A stretch of DNA of 64,000 bases from Minutocellus sp. GHC0000111. Taxonomy: Eukaryota. Position 1 is the stretch's first letter; every line of letters starts with the position of its first letter. Shown piece after piece: positions 36,606 through 49,477 of the stretch. The position numbers were made by a program, and so were the translations under genes. The notes beneath the pieces are model-generated. The model saw nothing but the letters and a program-made list of their open reading frames with translations. It was not told the DNA's origin and made no database searches. Location: assembly GCA_977018835.1 (NCBI GenBank), contig OZ361257.1, positions 5,394,001 through 5,458,000 of the forward strand. The letters are read 5' to 3'.

Positions 36606-39066
36606 TTATTCGATTCCATCCAAGAGGGTCCCAAATTTCTTCTTATCGATTCTCTTGGCCCTGGCCACTCGCTCTCTTTCGTACCAATCATCTCTGTCGA
36701 GGAACCGAGAGTACTCTCCCTCATCTTGCGTGACATCGGCCCTCAAATTTGCTTGCAGGTCGGCTTCTTCCTCCCAACGATCTGCTTCCTCCTCTTGGCC
36801 ATTCTCCCTCGCCATGGCGGCCCTTTCCCTGGCAACCAACCGTGTGCTCTTTTCCTCTCGCAGGCGGTTGGCTTCGTCGATGTCGCCTCTATTATCTGCA
36901 TCTCGTATCAAATATTCTCTTCGCACACTCTCGTCAATAAAGGGGATGAGAAGGTCATCGATTGGATTAGGAGCTAAAGTTGCTTCCGAACCCTTGCTCT
37001 TCTTTCCTATGCTGTTGCGATTGCCTTTTCGGTTCTCAAATTCGCGAAGAACTCGTGGTCTCGGTAGTTGGCCGTCAAAGCTTGGAAGAGAAAGCAGCAA
37101 CCGACCCTTGTCTTGGATAGAGAGAGAATCATACTCACCCAGAGATTGAATTGGATTGTCGGTGTTGTATACATATCCGCTTGATTTTGGAGCGAAAAAC
37201 TCGAGGAAGGCATTTGTAGTCTTGGGGGGTTGCGGTATCGATCGGCTGCTACTGCTGCTTCGAGTTGACACCGCATCTTCTTCTGCCCCGCCTTCAGAGC
37301 TGTACCCAGATGATGCCATGAGTCGAATAGAATCAACAGTTGCGACATCTTCTTCCGTATCTCCCACACTATCATCTGCTGAGAAACCAGCATCAACCCT
37401 AGAAGTCTGAAGGATGTCGTCTTCAATGACCACATCGAGATCGGCCGCCCGTGCCAATCCAATAGCCTCATCAGCATCGCATTTCACAACAAATAATTCG
37501 CCCTCTTTCACTCCAAAGCTTCCAAAGTCGTCGTCTTCGTCTGATATTTCAATGGTTTCTCCACCGACTGTGACAGATTTTGGTCGCCCCCGTCTCCTTA
37601 GCACGACAGCGCCACCCAATATGACCTCGTTGTCGAAAATGGAAGTATCCTCAAGAGCTGCCCCGATCACATCGGCATTAAGCTGTTCCGAAATAATCTC
37701 CAAAAGTAAATCATACGGACTTCGATAGGGCAGCACCGACTTCCAAAACATTTCCTCGGGAGTGTCGACAACGGCAGAGTATCCATAGGCCCCTCGATAC
37801 GGGGCACTCGACGCCTTGGTTTCGGCATCATCGCCGCCTTTGTTGGTGAGCGCTGCCAGAAAGTCGCGAAGGATAGATCGGGCATTATTTGCAGTATCCC
37901 CACTCTCGCCACTCTGGAGCTGCTGCTCTATGATTTGAATGTCGGCTAATGCAGTCTCAACTTCGGCAAGGTCGTTCCTTCGGGCTTCAATCTCATTGAG
38001 CGATGAAGCAACGTCATCCTCGCCGTCTTGTTGATCCTGGCCGCGGAGAATGGCCAAGTTTTGCTCCGCTTCAGCGACCGCCATTGTCGCCTCTGCCATT
38101 TCCACCTCTAGAATTCGCCGTGCCAAAATAGACGCTGCCGCATCGTCAAATTTTGGAGTCGTTTCCAAAGAAGAATCATTGGCTTCACCGACACTATTAT
38201 TTCCAGTGTCATTGTCATGCTTCTCGCCCCCATCATCATTTGCATTCTCGATATACAAGCTAATATCATCAAGCCCATCCAACCAGTACTCCAGCCTGGC
38301 TTTCAAATTCCCGCCGCTCAAACTTCGACCGTACCAGTCCTTGCCGTTCATCCTCTCGAAGGCGTCTCTCTTTCCGGGGTGAAATTTTGAAGCCACGGGA
38401 TTTTTTGCGGCATCAACGAGTCTCTCTCGTGTAGGGTCGATGGTCCATGTTGTCCACGGGAGATTGTCCCATAGCGACCCATCCCGCCCAGTGAGCAGCG
38501 GCGATATAGTCAAGAAGAGAGATTTGGAGATTGGTTTGCCAGAATGAGCGAACGATAACAGCTTGAGCTGTCTGTTGGCCGATGATGCATTTCACGGTAC
38601 CATCAACAGATACAGCGGTTTGCGAGGCGTCTGTCAAGAATAGACATTGAACATCTACACCCTCTTCGTCCTTTCCGCCTCTTGTTGGCAATGAAAGGGG
38701 CCCTCTCCCAATAAGCTGGAGTCGGGAAAGGCGTCGGCGAACTTTCTCGTCGGGAGCGAATGATGGAGTGCTAACGAGCAGCACCCGCTCGAGAAGCGCG
38801 TTGGTTGTGGCCTCGTCACGGAGGGTGTCGACTCGACCCGATGCCCCACTTTTTGCACCGCTGTTTTTGCCCGATGGGTTTTGGCCGTACTTTCGCTTCT
38901 GCCATTCTCCGTCAAAGAGCAGAGAAAGAGACGACGACCGTCGTCTGTGCGAAGGAGTGCATGGTGTATTGACGAATGATGATGCCGGAGCTGGAACAAA
39001 TGCCAACGATTTGGCCGAAAGGTGCAGGACTGTGCAGCAAATGATGCACGCGGAAGGCTTCATCAT
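36606..39066 (-). CDS. Uncharacterised, probably plastid-targeted protein; frameshift near 38500
   Basis: Signal peptide ending SLA-FVP followed by a Ser/Arg-rich transit-like peptide. ORFs 38413..39066 and 36606..38513 overlap in different frames. Confidence 0.65.
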
Positions 39067-39323
39067 GCAAAGTGCTACGTAGCTAGTAGTTGCTTAGTAC
39101 TTATGATGAAGAAATCTACCGGCGTGCAGGTCGCGAGCGGCGGCCGAGTTCGTCATGGTTCCTCGAGAGGGCGAATTAATTGTTCGAAGTGTTGCAGGAA
39201 AGAATGAGGGCTGAAGCAGCACAACAACTGTGACGCTCATTCTTTGGCGACCTTCGAAGATGGCGGGACGGTGTTGTTGTTGTTGTTGTTGTTGAAAGAT
39301 ACCAAACGTTTTCTCTCACAACA

Positions 39324-41305
39324 ATGAATATGATCGTGCCTTGTGAGTTCACAAACAAAAAGAGCTGCTGCTAGATTGAGAGAGAAAGAGAGAGGGAGAG
39401 AGTTCCTCGGAATCGAAGCTTTATTCCCCTGCCACAAGAATCCCTTGCATCCCCCGCTGCGAGAAACAACTCTACCGGTACCGATACCAAAGTAGCAATC
39501 CCACGATCCTGCCATCCTTAGCGACGACGATGCCACCCGTCGAGCAGTTCCGCGGCGTCTCTCTTGGTGGCTGGTTGGTCTTCGAGAGCTTTCTAACGGT
39601 AAGTGTTGACCTGGTCCTTTCATCATATGTCTCATTCGATCAGCAAGATATGTTCTCACTACTTGACCTGATTTGATCGTTGCTTTCTTACTTTCCTCCG
39701 TTGCCTTTCTTCATAATATTCCACGCACAGCCATATCTCTTCACCTTGACAGATTGCGATGTTAATGGCAACTTCTACGACGTGGCGATCGGCGATCGTC
39801 GAGGCAATGCCACTTCCTCAGTGATGAACCGAAACATGATCGAAACTGACAATGGTGAGACCAAGGTTTGCACGCCGCTAGATACCTATCCTGTTGATAC
39901 ATGGACGTTGACGAGCGCATTTCCATCCAAGGACATGGCGAGGGAATATCTCAAGCGCCATTGGGAGACATGGGTCACTGAGGATGATATTGCCAAGATT
40001 GCATCCGCTGGTCTGACGCATGTCAAAATCCCAATTGGACATTGGATCAAAGGAGATATCCGTCAAGGCGAGCCATGGGTGGATGGTGACTGGGAATACT
40101 TTGTCCGGGCCATCAAGTGGTGTCGTAAGCACGGACTCAAGGTTCTAGCCGACATCCATACAGCTCCCGGGAGTCAAAATGGGTTCGACAATTCTGGAAA
40201 ACTATTGAGTCAGCGTACTGCGCGTCATTGGTCTGGCCACCCTGACCGAGTGGCTCGATCAATCAAGGCTGTGGAAGACGTCGCCCAGGCAGTCAAGGAG
40301 GAAGGATTGGATGACGTCGTTACTGGTGTCGAAATCCTCAACGAGATATACAGTGACGCCAACATTACAATTGTGAAGGATTTCTACGAAAAGTCTTTCA
40401 GTGCCATCCGTCGTCATCTTCCGAACGCTACAGTGGTTATATCTGACAATTTTGATGCCGGGCAATTCAATGGCTACTGGACCAACTCTCACCATTCCAA
40501 TACTCTTCTTGACACGCATCTATACACCGTCTTTTCCGAAAAACTCCGTTCCATGTCGCCCAAGCAGCATGTAGCCTTTGTCTGTGGCAATCACTACAAC
40601 ATTGAAATGATGAAATGTTGTTGGGACGACGAAGGACGCTCACAAGGCTTGGGCCGCATCATTGGAGAGTGGACGGCAAGCTATGATATGGATGTAGCCG
40701 CGATGATCAACGTCGTTTTTGAGGAGATTTCCCAAACTGGCGTTGCGCCCAGGTTTGATAGGGAAATATCTCCACAAGAGAGAAATATGCTTCGAAATTA
40801 TGTAGAGGCTCAAATGGTGGTGTACGAGGGCAAAGTTGCTGGAGAGACGAATGGTTGGTTTTACTGGAACTTCAAGGTCGAAGGAGGAGTCTTTGCCGAG
40901 TGGGATTCATTGCGTGGTTTCGAAGAGGGTTGGTTCCCAAAGGTCGACAGTGCCACACCTGCTAGAGAGCAATTTGGAGGCTGTGACGACATTATTCTCA
41001 GAACCAAAGACGATCAATCTGTAATTCATGAATTTCCTGATCCAAAAGACTTATCCGACGATCTTATTGAAGATCGGTACTTTGATGACGACGTTGTGGC
41101 TACCCATGGCCTCTCCTTGGAGAGGCGCTACCGAGCTCATCAGATTCGGTGTGGCCTCATTATTCTCGGGCTTTCAACACTGATATTTGCTGCTTTAAGG
41201 AGAAAGCACCGCCAGCGACCTCGGGGACAACGCAAAGATTATGACGTGTTGCCCGATGCTGACTTTGAGGGCGTCAAGACGCCTCCTGCAACACCCTCTC
41301 ATTGA
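39324..41305 (+). CDS. GH5 exo-1,3-beta-glucanase-like glycoside hydrolase with a C-terminal TM; intron 39599-39730
   Basis: Upstream exon RGVSLGGWLV, then HWETWVTEDD, KIPIGHW, DIHTAPGSQNGFDNSG, ILNE (acid/base) and IIGEW (nucleophile). The start is uncertain. Confidence 0.93.
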
Positions 41306-41444
41306 AGCTCTTTATCATCTCTTTTTATTCACTTTTGACCTTCATCATTTCTTGCATTTGACTGCATACAATTTGTTTCCCGAGTATAGTACAAGTAGCT
41401 GTATACATGTAGCTCTATATTTTATCAATTTCACAATAGCTACT

Positions 41445-42566
41445 CTACGTTTCTTTGAGATGATCTGTGTTGGTGAGATCAACTAGCTCTGCACTCCACT
41501 TTGGTGGGTCACCGGTATCTGTTCCTGGGGTCACCGCGATATCGACGATAGTTCGAGATGTGTTTGGTACCACGAGCATACCCTTTGCAGCGCCATCATC
41601 TCCACCGCTTCCTCTCACAATGTTCGATGGTAGTTGATCACCAACGAGCCGGTTCACAGCGGTACGGATTGTCGCACTATGAGATACTACCAGCACATCT
41701 CTCCTTCGGATTTGATTCCTTGGATCAACTGCCGACCCCAACGCCTCTGTATCCATTGCATCAGCAGGGCGTTGGTATTCATTTCCTTTCGAATCAATGA
41801 TAGTGCTCGCTGTTGGTATATCTTCGCTGTCCAATAATTCCTGGTAGGACGGAATGCCATCATTTTTATCGGCTGTTCTACAAGCTTCGGAAGCAACCTC
41901 GTCAATCCAGTCCTTGATGCGTGACCAAACATCATCGTCGCTCTCCAGCAAGGGCAGGGGTGCATCTTGCCCATTCTCCGAGTGATGTAGCTTCACAGCC
42001 TCGTCATATGTCACCGTCTTGGGCCGACCCTCCCTCACTCCCTTGGCTCGCTCTCGCAATCTCTTGTCTTGAATTACAGGTGGTACCAGCACTTCATGTC
42101 GGTCAGAAACCATTGTAGCCACTTCAGCGCTGCTCTCAGCGGTGCCATTGTCGTTGTCATCGCCCTGCTTCTGAGATTTCCCATATCTATCATCGCTCCT
42201 ACTGCTACAACTTGGTTCGCCCTCTCCTTCCTCGCCTTCGTCTGCTGATCCAAGGATCAGTCTAGCAGTCTTCAACGTGCGGTCGTAATCCGACGCATAG
42301 GCTTTCCAAAAGGTTTGGCGTTGGCGCCGGCCATCCCCTCCCAGGAATGTCCCCAGTGCAGCCGCCTGATTTATGCCCTTGGTAGTCAGGGGCGATTCGC
42401 GCTGACCCAGCACATAGTTGGCCTTGTTGGCCTCGGTCTCTCCATGGCGGACCATGTGCAGCCGAAGGATGAGCGGCCTTGCGCCGGCTGGCATGGCAGC
42501 GTACGATGGCGGGGTCAAAAGCAGTAGAATGAGCGCAGTGGAAAGGCAGGAGAAGTAGAGTATCAT
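41445..42566 (-). CDS. Histidine phosphatase (phosphoglycerate mutase family) with an N-terminal signal
   Basis: MVRHGETEAN, SPLTTKGINQA, YASDYDRTLKTA, RLRER..G.REG, VLVVSH, PNTS. Confidence 0.92.
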   Translation of the reverse strand: MILYFSCLSTALILLLLTPPSYAAMPAGARPLILRLHMVRHGETEANKANYVLGQRESPLTTKGINQAAALGTFLGGDGRRQRQTFWKAYASDYDRTLKTARLILGSADEGEEGEGEPSCSSRSDDRYGKSQKQGDDNDNGTAESSAEVATMVSDRHEVLVPPVIQDKRLRERAKGVREGRPKTVTYDEAVKLHHSENGQDAPLPLLESDDDVWSRIKDWIDEVASEACRTADKNDGIPSYQELLDSEDIPTASTIIDSKGNEYQRPADAMDTEALGSAVDPRNQIRRRDVLVVSHSATIRTAVNRLVGDQLPSNIVRGSGGDDGAAKGMLVVPNTSRTIVDIAVTPGTDTGDPPKWSAELVDLTNTDHLKET

Positions 42567-42880
42567 TCCGCTATGGCCATCAGTAGTAGTAGCTATCGAT
42601 ATTTAGCGCTCTGTGCGATAGGTCTGATGACGATGGCGACTGGCGGCGCCACCGTGGCACCGCTCCAGACTACGAAGTCCCTCGTACATGTATGTACTAG
42701 CTAGATGAGACCCCTTCATCCCCTCCCCTTTCCCTTCACTTTTTAGCATGCGATTTTATTGCCAAATCAATCCTTTGGCGCACCCGCCGCACGTTGACGA
42801 TGCCGGCTGCCATAATACCCTCGGCCATCCCAGTGCTGTACAGACAGCTGTACCAGCAATAGCCGTACAGGTTAGCCTAC

Positions 42881-43987
42881 ATGGCGGTCCGACGGCGCAA
42901 GGCTGCCAAGGGATCGGGCGGTAGCAAAGGTGACGCCACGAGCACAATGAACAAGCAAGGAGCACAACAATTACAACCGACCTCGACCACCGACCCACCT
43001 TTTTACCTGCGCCGATATCCAATGCTCTTTGCTGCCATTCTGTTCCCTGTCTTATCCGTCTTACTGCTTAGAGGTGATTTTCGCATAAGTGGGAATGTTG
43101 GTAGCAGTGAGGGCGTCAAGGGCATAATATCGAGTGATGGTACAAGTGCGGGTACCAGCGCCGCCGGGCCGAAAAGTCCAAGGGAAATTGTGGAAGCCAT
43201 TTATGTCGGCGATGCCTACGACGTTTTGGCAACTTACCCGCATGATCCAAATGCATTTACGCAGGGATTGACATATTTCGGTGGTAGGCTCTACGAGGGA
43301 ACGGGGCTGAACGGCGCATCCGAACTTCGGGAGCTGGAAATGACACCCCAAGCTGATGTTACGGGAAACATCCTTCAGTCAACCAAATTGGATAAAAAAT
43401 ACTTTGGGGAGGGCATTGCACATTATCATGACGCCGGCGGTAACGAGAGGATAATACAAATTACGTGGCAGGAACAGACTGGTTTTATTTATGATGCCAC
43501 AACATTCGACAAGTTAGTTGAGAAAGAATTTCGCTACGAGACCAAGACCAATGAGGGGTGGGGCATTACCTACGATGCTTCCAAGCGTGAATTCATCGTG
43601 AGCGATGGATCCGACTACATCTTCTTCTGGGATCGAGATACACTTCAAGAGAAACGACGAGTCCAGGTAACTTTGCGGCAACTTCTCAACAATGGTGACG
43701 ATGACGAAGAGCCACAAATAACAAAGAGGCCAGTACAGCATATCAATGAGTTGGAAATGGTGGATGGTCTTATTTTTGCCAACATTTGGTATCAGGATGT
43801 ATTGGTGGCTATTGATCCCGTCGATGGACAGGTTGTCAAAGTATACGACTTTTCCAGATTGTACACGAAGCGAAGCCCGGATGCCGACTGCTTCAATGGT
43901 ATCAGCGTGAGCGACAAGAAGGATGAACTGCTCGTGACGGGTAAGAATTGGCCGTCGATGTATAGAATGAAACTGAGCGGGCAATGA
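42881..43987 (+). CDS. Glutaminyl-peptide cyclotransferase, plant/bacterial beta-propeller type
   Basis: YPHDPNAFTQGL, EGTGL.G.S, YFGEG, QITW, EGWG, SDGS, INELE, ANIW, NGI, VTGKNW; N-terminal TM. Confidence 0.95.
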   Translation: MAVRRRKAAKGSGGSKGDATSTMNKQGAQQLQPTSTTDPPFYLRRYPMLFAAILFPVLSVLLLRGDFRISGNVGSSEGVKGIISSDGTSAGTSAAGPKSPREIVEAIYVGDAYDVLATYPHDPNAFTQGLTYFGGRLYEGTGLNGASELRELEMTPQADVTGNILQSTKLDKKYFGEGIAHYHDAGGNERIIQITWQEQTGFIYDATTFDKLVEKEFRYETKTNEGWGITYDASKREFIVSDGSDYIFFWDRDTLQEKRRVQVTLRQLLNNGDDDEEPQITKRPVQHINELEMVDGLIFANIWYQDVLVAIDPVDGQVVKVYDFSRLYTKRSPDADCFNGISVSDKKDELLVTGKNWPSMYRMKLSGQ

Positions 43988-44154
43988 GAGCAGATAATGG
44001 ATGAGAGTTCCATAGTACAAACAAAGTGATGTTTATCTTATTTCTACCGCACAGTACAATCGAATTCTCATGAGATAAGATATACTTTTGTAGAAATTTC
44101 TATCGGAAATGTTTCTTGCTGCAAACGTTGGTGTTATCACCATACATGTATCGC

Positions 44155-45093
44155 TTACAGACCGCTTTCCCTCCGATTCTCCAGCCACGCCTTTTGATTC
44201 AGCACCACGGCTCCGCCCAAATCCGAGGGAATGCTCTCCTTGGGAATGCCAAAGCCAGCGAGTCGTTCCAAAACATGTTCCTCCGATCCGGTGTGGACCT
44301 TGATTCGTTCCCTCAATCTCTTTCCCAGCAACAATTTGATGATGGGAAAGACAACGGTGAAAAACGTCGGTGGGTGACATATGTGGAACGCCCCAATCCG
44401 CACCGGCAGACAGCCCTTCATACTCTCGGCGTTGGCAGCAACCAGCTTCCTGTCGAACTGCGAAAATTGAGCGTGATGGGGGAACAGCAGAAGGATGATG
44501 CCCCGCTTTTGCGTCGCCTCATCCTCCAGGGCGGCGTGCATGGTGTACCAGAAGGCACGCACCATGGACTCGCGGGTGTATTTGGTCTTATCGAGCTTGG
44601 ATGGGTCGCCTAAGATGAGTCGACGGCCTTCCGTGTCGGTATGCTCGGTGCTCTGGATGAAGGCCATCTCCAGGGAGGTTTCGTCGCCCTTGAGGGCACC
44701 GTCGAGGGTGAGGGGTAGAAAGGCCCTGTCTTCTCCAAACACCAGAACGCGTTTGTCCCAGTACCGGATGAGCCGACCCGCGGCTAGATCGACGTTGAAC
44801 ACCTCGCACCGCAGAAAGAGGAGGAGATGTCGATAATCGACCAGCTTGGGCGTGCAACGTTCCTTGGCCTTTAGCCAGTTCTGCTTGGTCTCCTCCGGCA
44901 TGCCATCGATCTCATCCTTCAGTTGTTGGAGGGCATCCGATATCTTTTCCTCCGTCTCCACCGGATGCTTTTGGCCGTAGGGAGACGAGGCGGTCGTCAT
45001 GGGTGCTCTGCTGGTCTTGGGTCTTGGTCTCCTTTTCGGTGTGTTGGGAGTTCCGGATATGTCGGCGGTGCTGGTGATGTGTTTGTAGCTCAT
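44155..45093 (-). CDS. CRAL-TRIO lipid-binding domain protein
   Basis: LLFLRCEVFNVDLAAGRLIRYW, DTEGR, TQKRG, LPVRIGAFHICHPP, RERIKVH, IPSDLGG. Confidence 0.92.
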   Translation of the reverse strand: MSYKHITSTADISGTPNTPKRRPRPKTSRAPMTTASSPYGQKHPVETEEKISDALQQLKDEIDGMPEETKQNWLKAKERCTPKLVDYRHLLLFLRCEVFNVDLAAGRLIRYWDKRVLVFGEDRAFLPLTLDGALKGDETSLEMAFIQSTEHTDTEGRRLILGDPSKLDKTKYTRESMVRAFWYTMHAALEDEATQKRGIILLLFPHHAQFSQFDRKLVAANAESMKGCLPVRIGAFHICHPPTFFTVVFPIIKLLLGKRLRERIKVHTGSEEHVLERLAGFGIPKESIPSDLGGAVVLNQKAWLENRRESGL

Positions 45094-45255
45094 GCCAAAA
45101 GTCAGGCAGGCGTCAAAGATGAAAAAGTTCGTCTTGCGCGATCAAACCAGAAACAGGCCATGATCCGGACGGCAAGAGAGGCGGTTTCATCTTACCAAAA
45201 AGATACGATTTTTCTCCGGTGTCAAAAGAAACTTGTATCCACTTCATATCTTACG

Positions 45256-45913
45256 ATGAAGATTGTTCCTATCACCCTCTTCTTTCTGCCGTTTGTGCAG
45301 GGAACGAACGCCGCGGCTGATGAGCAGCAGCAGCAGCACCTTCGCGGCCTGGGCGAAGGTGGTGGCTCCGGCGACGGTGGTGGCGACGATCCCTGCGGCT
45401 TCAAGGGAACCTGGCTCGGTGAAGGCATCTGCAGCATCAACTTTCTCAACAGGGAAGAGATCGGGCATGGTTGTGGCCGCAATCGGAAGTTGAAGCTCTA
45501 CCCGAACGACGATGGAACTCTGGAGGCGTTCTCGCAGGTGCGTCGACTTTTTGTGTGTGTTGTGTGGCGACGACGTGAGTGCGAGGATGTTCATGAGCAA
45601 GAATTTACTTATAATTTTTCTATTCCATCATTTGCATGCACACACACACACATTATGTACACAGTGGAAGGCAACGTCTGACAGAGGAGGGAACGACAAG
45701 GACGAGAAGACCGTGTTTTATGACAAGGAGCCATTGATTGGATTTATCAATGAAGATGAGTGCACCTTCTCCCTCGTCGAGATGGATGAATCTGGCACAA
45801 TGAGCGGCAAGACATTGAAACAGGGGAAGAAGATCTACGATACGCTGCTCCAGCCGGGAATGCAGCCCGTGGCCTGGTCAGGCATCTTCAAGAAGAAGGA
45901 GGAGGAGGATTGA
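45256..45913 (+). CDS. Small secreted protein, intron 45538-45664
   Basis: Signal peptide MKIVPITLFFLPFVQG and HLRG motif. A phase-0 GT-AG intron joins the two ORFs. Confidence 0.7.
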
Positions 45914-46537
45914 GCGCCATTATTACCACGGGTTCTGGAATGTGCCGGTACGAGTACGCCATAGAGAGTGTTGGTATTTTTTTCATCGTGCTTTTCGACA
46001 TTTTTGTGGTGGTGTCCCCCCGCTAAGTACAACTTAAATCTACACGTATCTACATGTGTCGATCGTAATGAAAAAGGTTAGAACCAGATCCAATTCAATT
46101 GAATGCATGTAGGTAGCCGCATTTGCATCAGCAAGAGCGAATATCGATAACATAAACAAGAGCGCAAATTTAAATACTGTAGGATAAGGTTGTGTGAGGG
46201 TGAGGTGAGGCTCAGCACATGTAGGGCTACCTGAGGTCAGGCACTGAGGACAGGGATATGGCTTACGAAATGGAGATTTGCATATTTTTCAAGCCAAGAC
46301 TGACGGTCTTCGTCTCGCTGACGGCGCTGTCGCACGCCACCGGATGCGCATGCTGCAACACGCGTGCCATGCAGTCAGTCCCCACCTATAAGGATATAAT
46401 ATACTTAACATTCATGGGTGGGCATCAGGCGGCAGCATGCATGTGAGTCGGCGGCTTCAGCCGAGCAGAGTTGGCGGGCTGGGTACTAGTAGGCGGGAAC
46501 AATGACCTCAGCACTGCACTGCATGCCATTCTCCACC

Positions 46538-49193
46538 ATGAGCAGCAGCAATACCAGCGGCAGCACCACCAGGCGATCCACCCGGACCCGTGGCGTAGCC
46601 ACTTCGGCCTTGGCCTCGGCCTCGGCGTCGTCGTCATCCGCCCTTCAACCCGTGGCGTCCAACAACACCTCCAGCAAGACGGCCACGAAAAAGGCATCGG
46701 CAAAGAACAAAACGTCAAAGTCACCCGCCAAGAATTCCGCTACCATCTCGTCCAGCTACTCCCTTCGAAAGAGAGCCGCCTCCACCTTCACTACCAACGA
46801 GACTGACGATGATGACAACGCCAACAACACCAACTCGGCCCTCGCGATGGTCAACCACGGTGCCCTCTATTCCGACAAGGACTTTGAGGCCCTCCTCCGC
46901 CATCACGAGGAGCAGGGGCAGCGGCAGCGAGAAGACAAGCGCCGCAAACTCGAGGGGCCGTACCCGTACCGTCCCAACCCCGACGGGACCATCGGCAACG
47001 GCAACCTCACCGTCGCCCTCGATCAGCTCCCCGGTCCGGTCATTACGCTCATCTTCGAGTTGCTGCCGCGCTGCCGCGACATTTTGAACCTCGGGTACCA
47101 GTCCAAGTATCTGCTTTCCTTCGTGGAGCGGCGGCATGATCTGATTGTGAGAGCTGCCGTTCACGAGAATGCCATGGCCAAGATTGCACCGAAGAAGAAG
47201 AGGGGTGGCAACAGTAACAGCAACGGCAATGGCAATGGTGGTGGTGACGGCACGGACGGCAACGCCGCTGATCAGCAGCAGCAGCAGCTACAATCCTCCG
47301 GTGCCATCGGGTGGAGCGGCAACAAGAAGGTGGACGGCTGCCGGAAGATCATGACGCAGCTCGCCGAGGACGTCCGTTCGAGGGCGTTGCACGTGCCCAG
47401 TCCCCTCCGGCTGCTGCGGCTGCTCTGCGCCCAGAGCTGCGAGCGGGGCGAGCAGTGCTGGGACTACAATACCGAGAAGGAGACGGCTGGAACGCGTCTT
47501 GGGGTCGATGGGGCGGCTCGTCCGTTTGGGATGGCTCTGTGCCACAAGTGCAGCAACGATGCCTGCCGCACGATTCCTCGGTGGTGGAACCAGTGAGTAT
47601 TTTGCATATTGTCTCTATTGTATGTATTGGAGCAGAATTGTGTGTGTGATGCGTGATATTTATCAGCAAAGAATGTTACTAGTAGGCGAGTTAGGTGGTC
47701 GTTGGGACGAATCCCAACGGCCATATATATTCACTTTATACTGGTATATTTGCTACGTAGTACATGTATTGTTCATCTCACCTTGCCATTTTTGTTTCAT
47801 TCGCTTAAATTTACAGTTGGGGGCGCACCGAAGAGAAGATCCTCAAGATTGGAAGTTCCAAGCTCTTCCATCCTTTGGCAGTTGCCGACCTGATGGAGGG
47901 ACCCGACGGAGAGAAAATCGGACCATTCCTCAACGCCCGTCACATCATGCAGCTATGCCACTCGTATCGAAACGATGGCGTCGATGCTCAGAAGGAGGCC
48001 TTTGGCGAGCTGTGCGAGGAAGTATACGGCAAGGAGGGCGAGGAACGGTACGATGAGTATGAGAAGGCCGCCACCCAGTTCGTTCAGTACTACGACGAGG
48101 CCGTGGAGGCGCTCGAGGTGTTCTACGCCAAACAGGACGATGCAAGGAAGACAACCGCAAGGCCATCATCGCCCGCAAGAAGGAGACTCTGGTCCAAATC
48201 CTACCCATCTTGGAGGAAGCCGTCGAGGAACTGCCCGACGATATCAAGGCGCTGGCTATGGATTATCACTGGTGTGATGACGATACGAATCTGCCCCTTC
48301 GTTTCTCCCTCCCCCAGGTTCATCAGAAGCTTGTTACCTTCATTCGAGCTCCCTCCTACGCCAGTCAGAAGCGTGTGGATAATGCGGTGGCCAGTATCCG
48401 TGAGAATCTCAATACGTTTGCATCTCATCCGGAGTTTGCGTCCTTCAGCTTCCTCACGGCTCAAGCTGCCGAGCAGCAGGGTGGCTCTGCAGCGGATCGT
48501 CAGCTGAAACTTCGTCTGAAGCAGAAACTTCTGAACCACATCCAACAGAAGGATCTCACCAACCTCGCGACCCTGCTGAACAAGCACGAGGATCCCACGA
48601 GCCGCTGGTTTTACCATGCCCAGGACGAGTTCACCCCGCAATTCTATGACCTACTGAGCAGGAGATCGTACAAGGCGGCCCTTCTCAATCTCCTATCGAG
48701 TAGGAATGAGCTCAGCGGTATTATATCGGCAACGCTTGTGGTGGATGGCGAAGCTCTCGAGGCCGGAGATCCCATCGACCACCGCAACCTGACTGAGACG
48801 ATCTTCGAGAAGATCAAGCGCGAGGAGCAGTACAACGTGGCCACTTCCTCGTTCGGTGACTTCGTCGATGTCCTCAAGCTCTGCAAGACGGAATATACCA
48901 AGCTGTCCCGTGCTGCGCGCGATTATCTTCAAACCACGCCCGTTATTGAGTATTTGGCTGGTGCCCCGGGATGGCAGGATGGGTTCACCCGGCAGAGAGC
49001 CATTGGCCAGGTGTGGATGCCCGAGAATCGCGTCTTGAGGGGGCGACATTATCATTGGGGGGGTGGCGGAAGTGTTCCGGAAGGTCTTGAAGATGTCAAG
49101 CCTTATCAGCTCCTCTTGGAGAGGAAGTTCGATAAGCTGTTGGAGGTTCACAAATACTATCACCGATGCGGAACGGCCAACGGAGTGCATTAG
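46538..49193 (+). CDS. F-box-like protein with a Cys cluster, paralog A; intron 47593-47816, frameshift ~48150
   Basis: LDQLPGPVITLIFELLP (F-box-like), HVPSPLRLL..CERG..C, PFG.A.C..C...C. Clear similarity to 52768-58100. Confidence 0.75.
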
Positions 49194-49477
49194 CTAGCCT
49201 ACTACGTAGCTAGACTAGAAGACGCTAGTTGTCCTGGTGCCATATCTCACTGCATCTGACTCGTTTATTTGCCATTGACGAGATTTAAATTTATCGCACA
49301 GTGCACGAAGCAGACAGAGCAAAAAATATCAGCATGTTATATGCGTAGCGACTTGGTTGTGATGGAGTATGCCTGTCAGATATTGAAACTAGAGCTGTAA
49401 GATAGACAGTTCAATCAAGTGAATGAGTGTGTAGACTGCTAGTTTTTTTTTCCAGCGATAAAATTGCCAAAGTAGAA

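Noticed and set aside
46111..46232. AGGTAGCC...GGCTACCT inverted 8-mers resembling the intronic element's ends
   Set aside because: Too short and with no TSD; could be chance.
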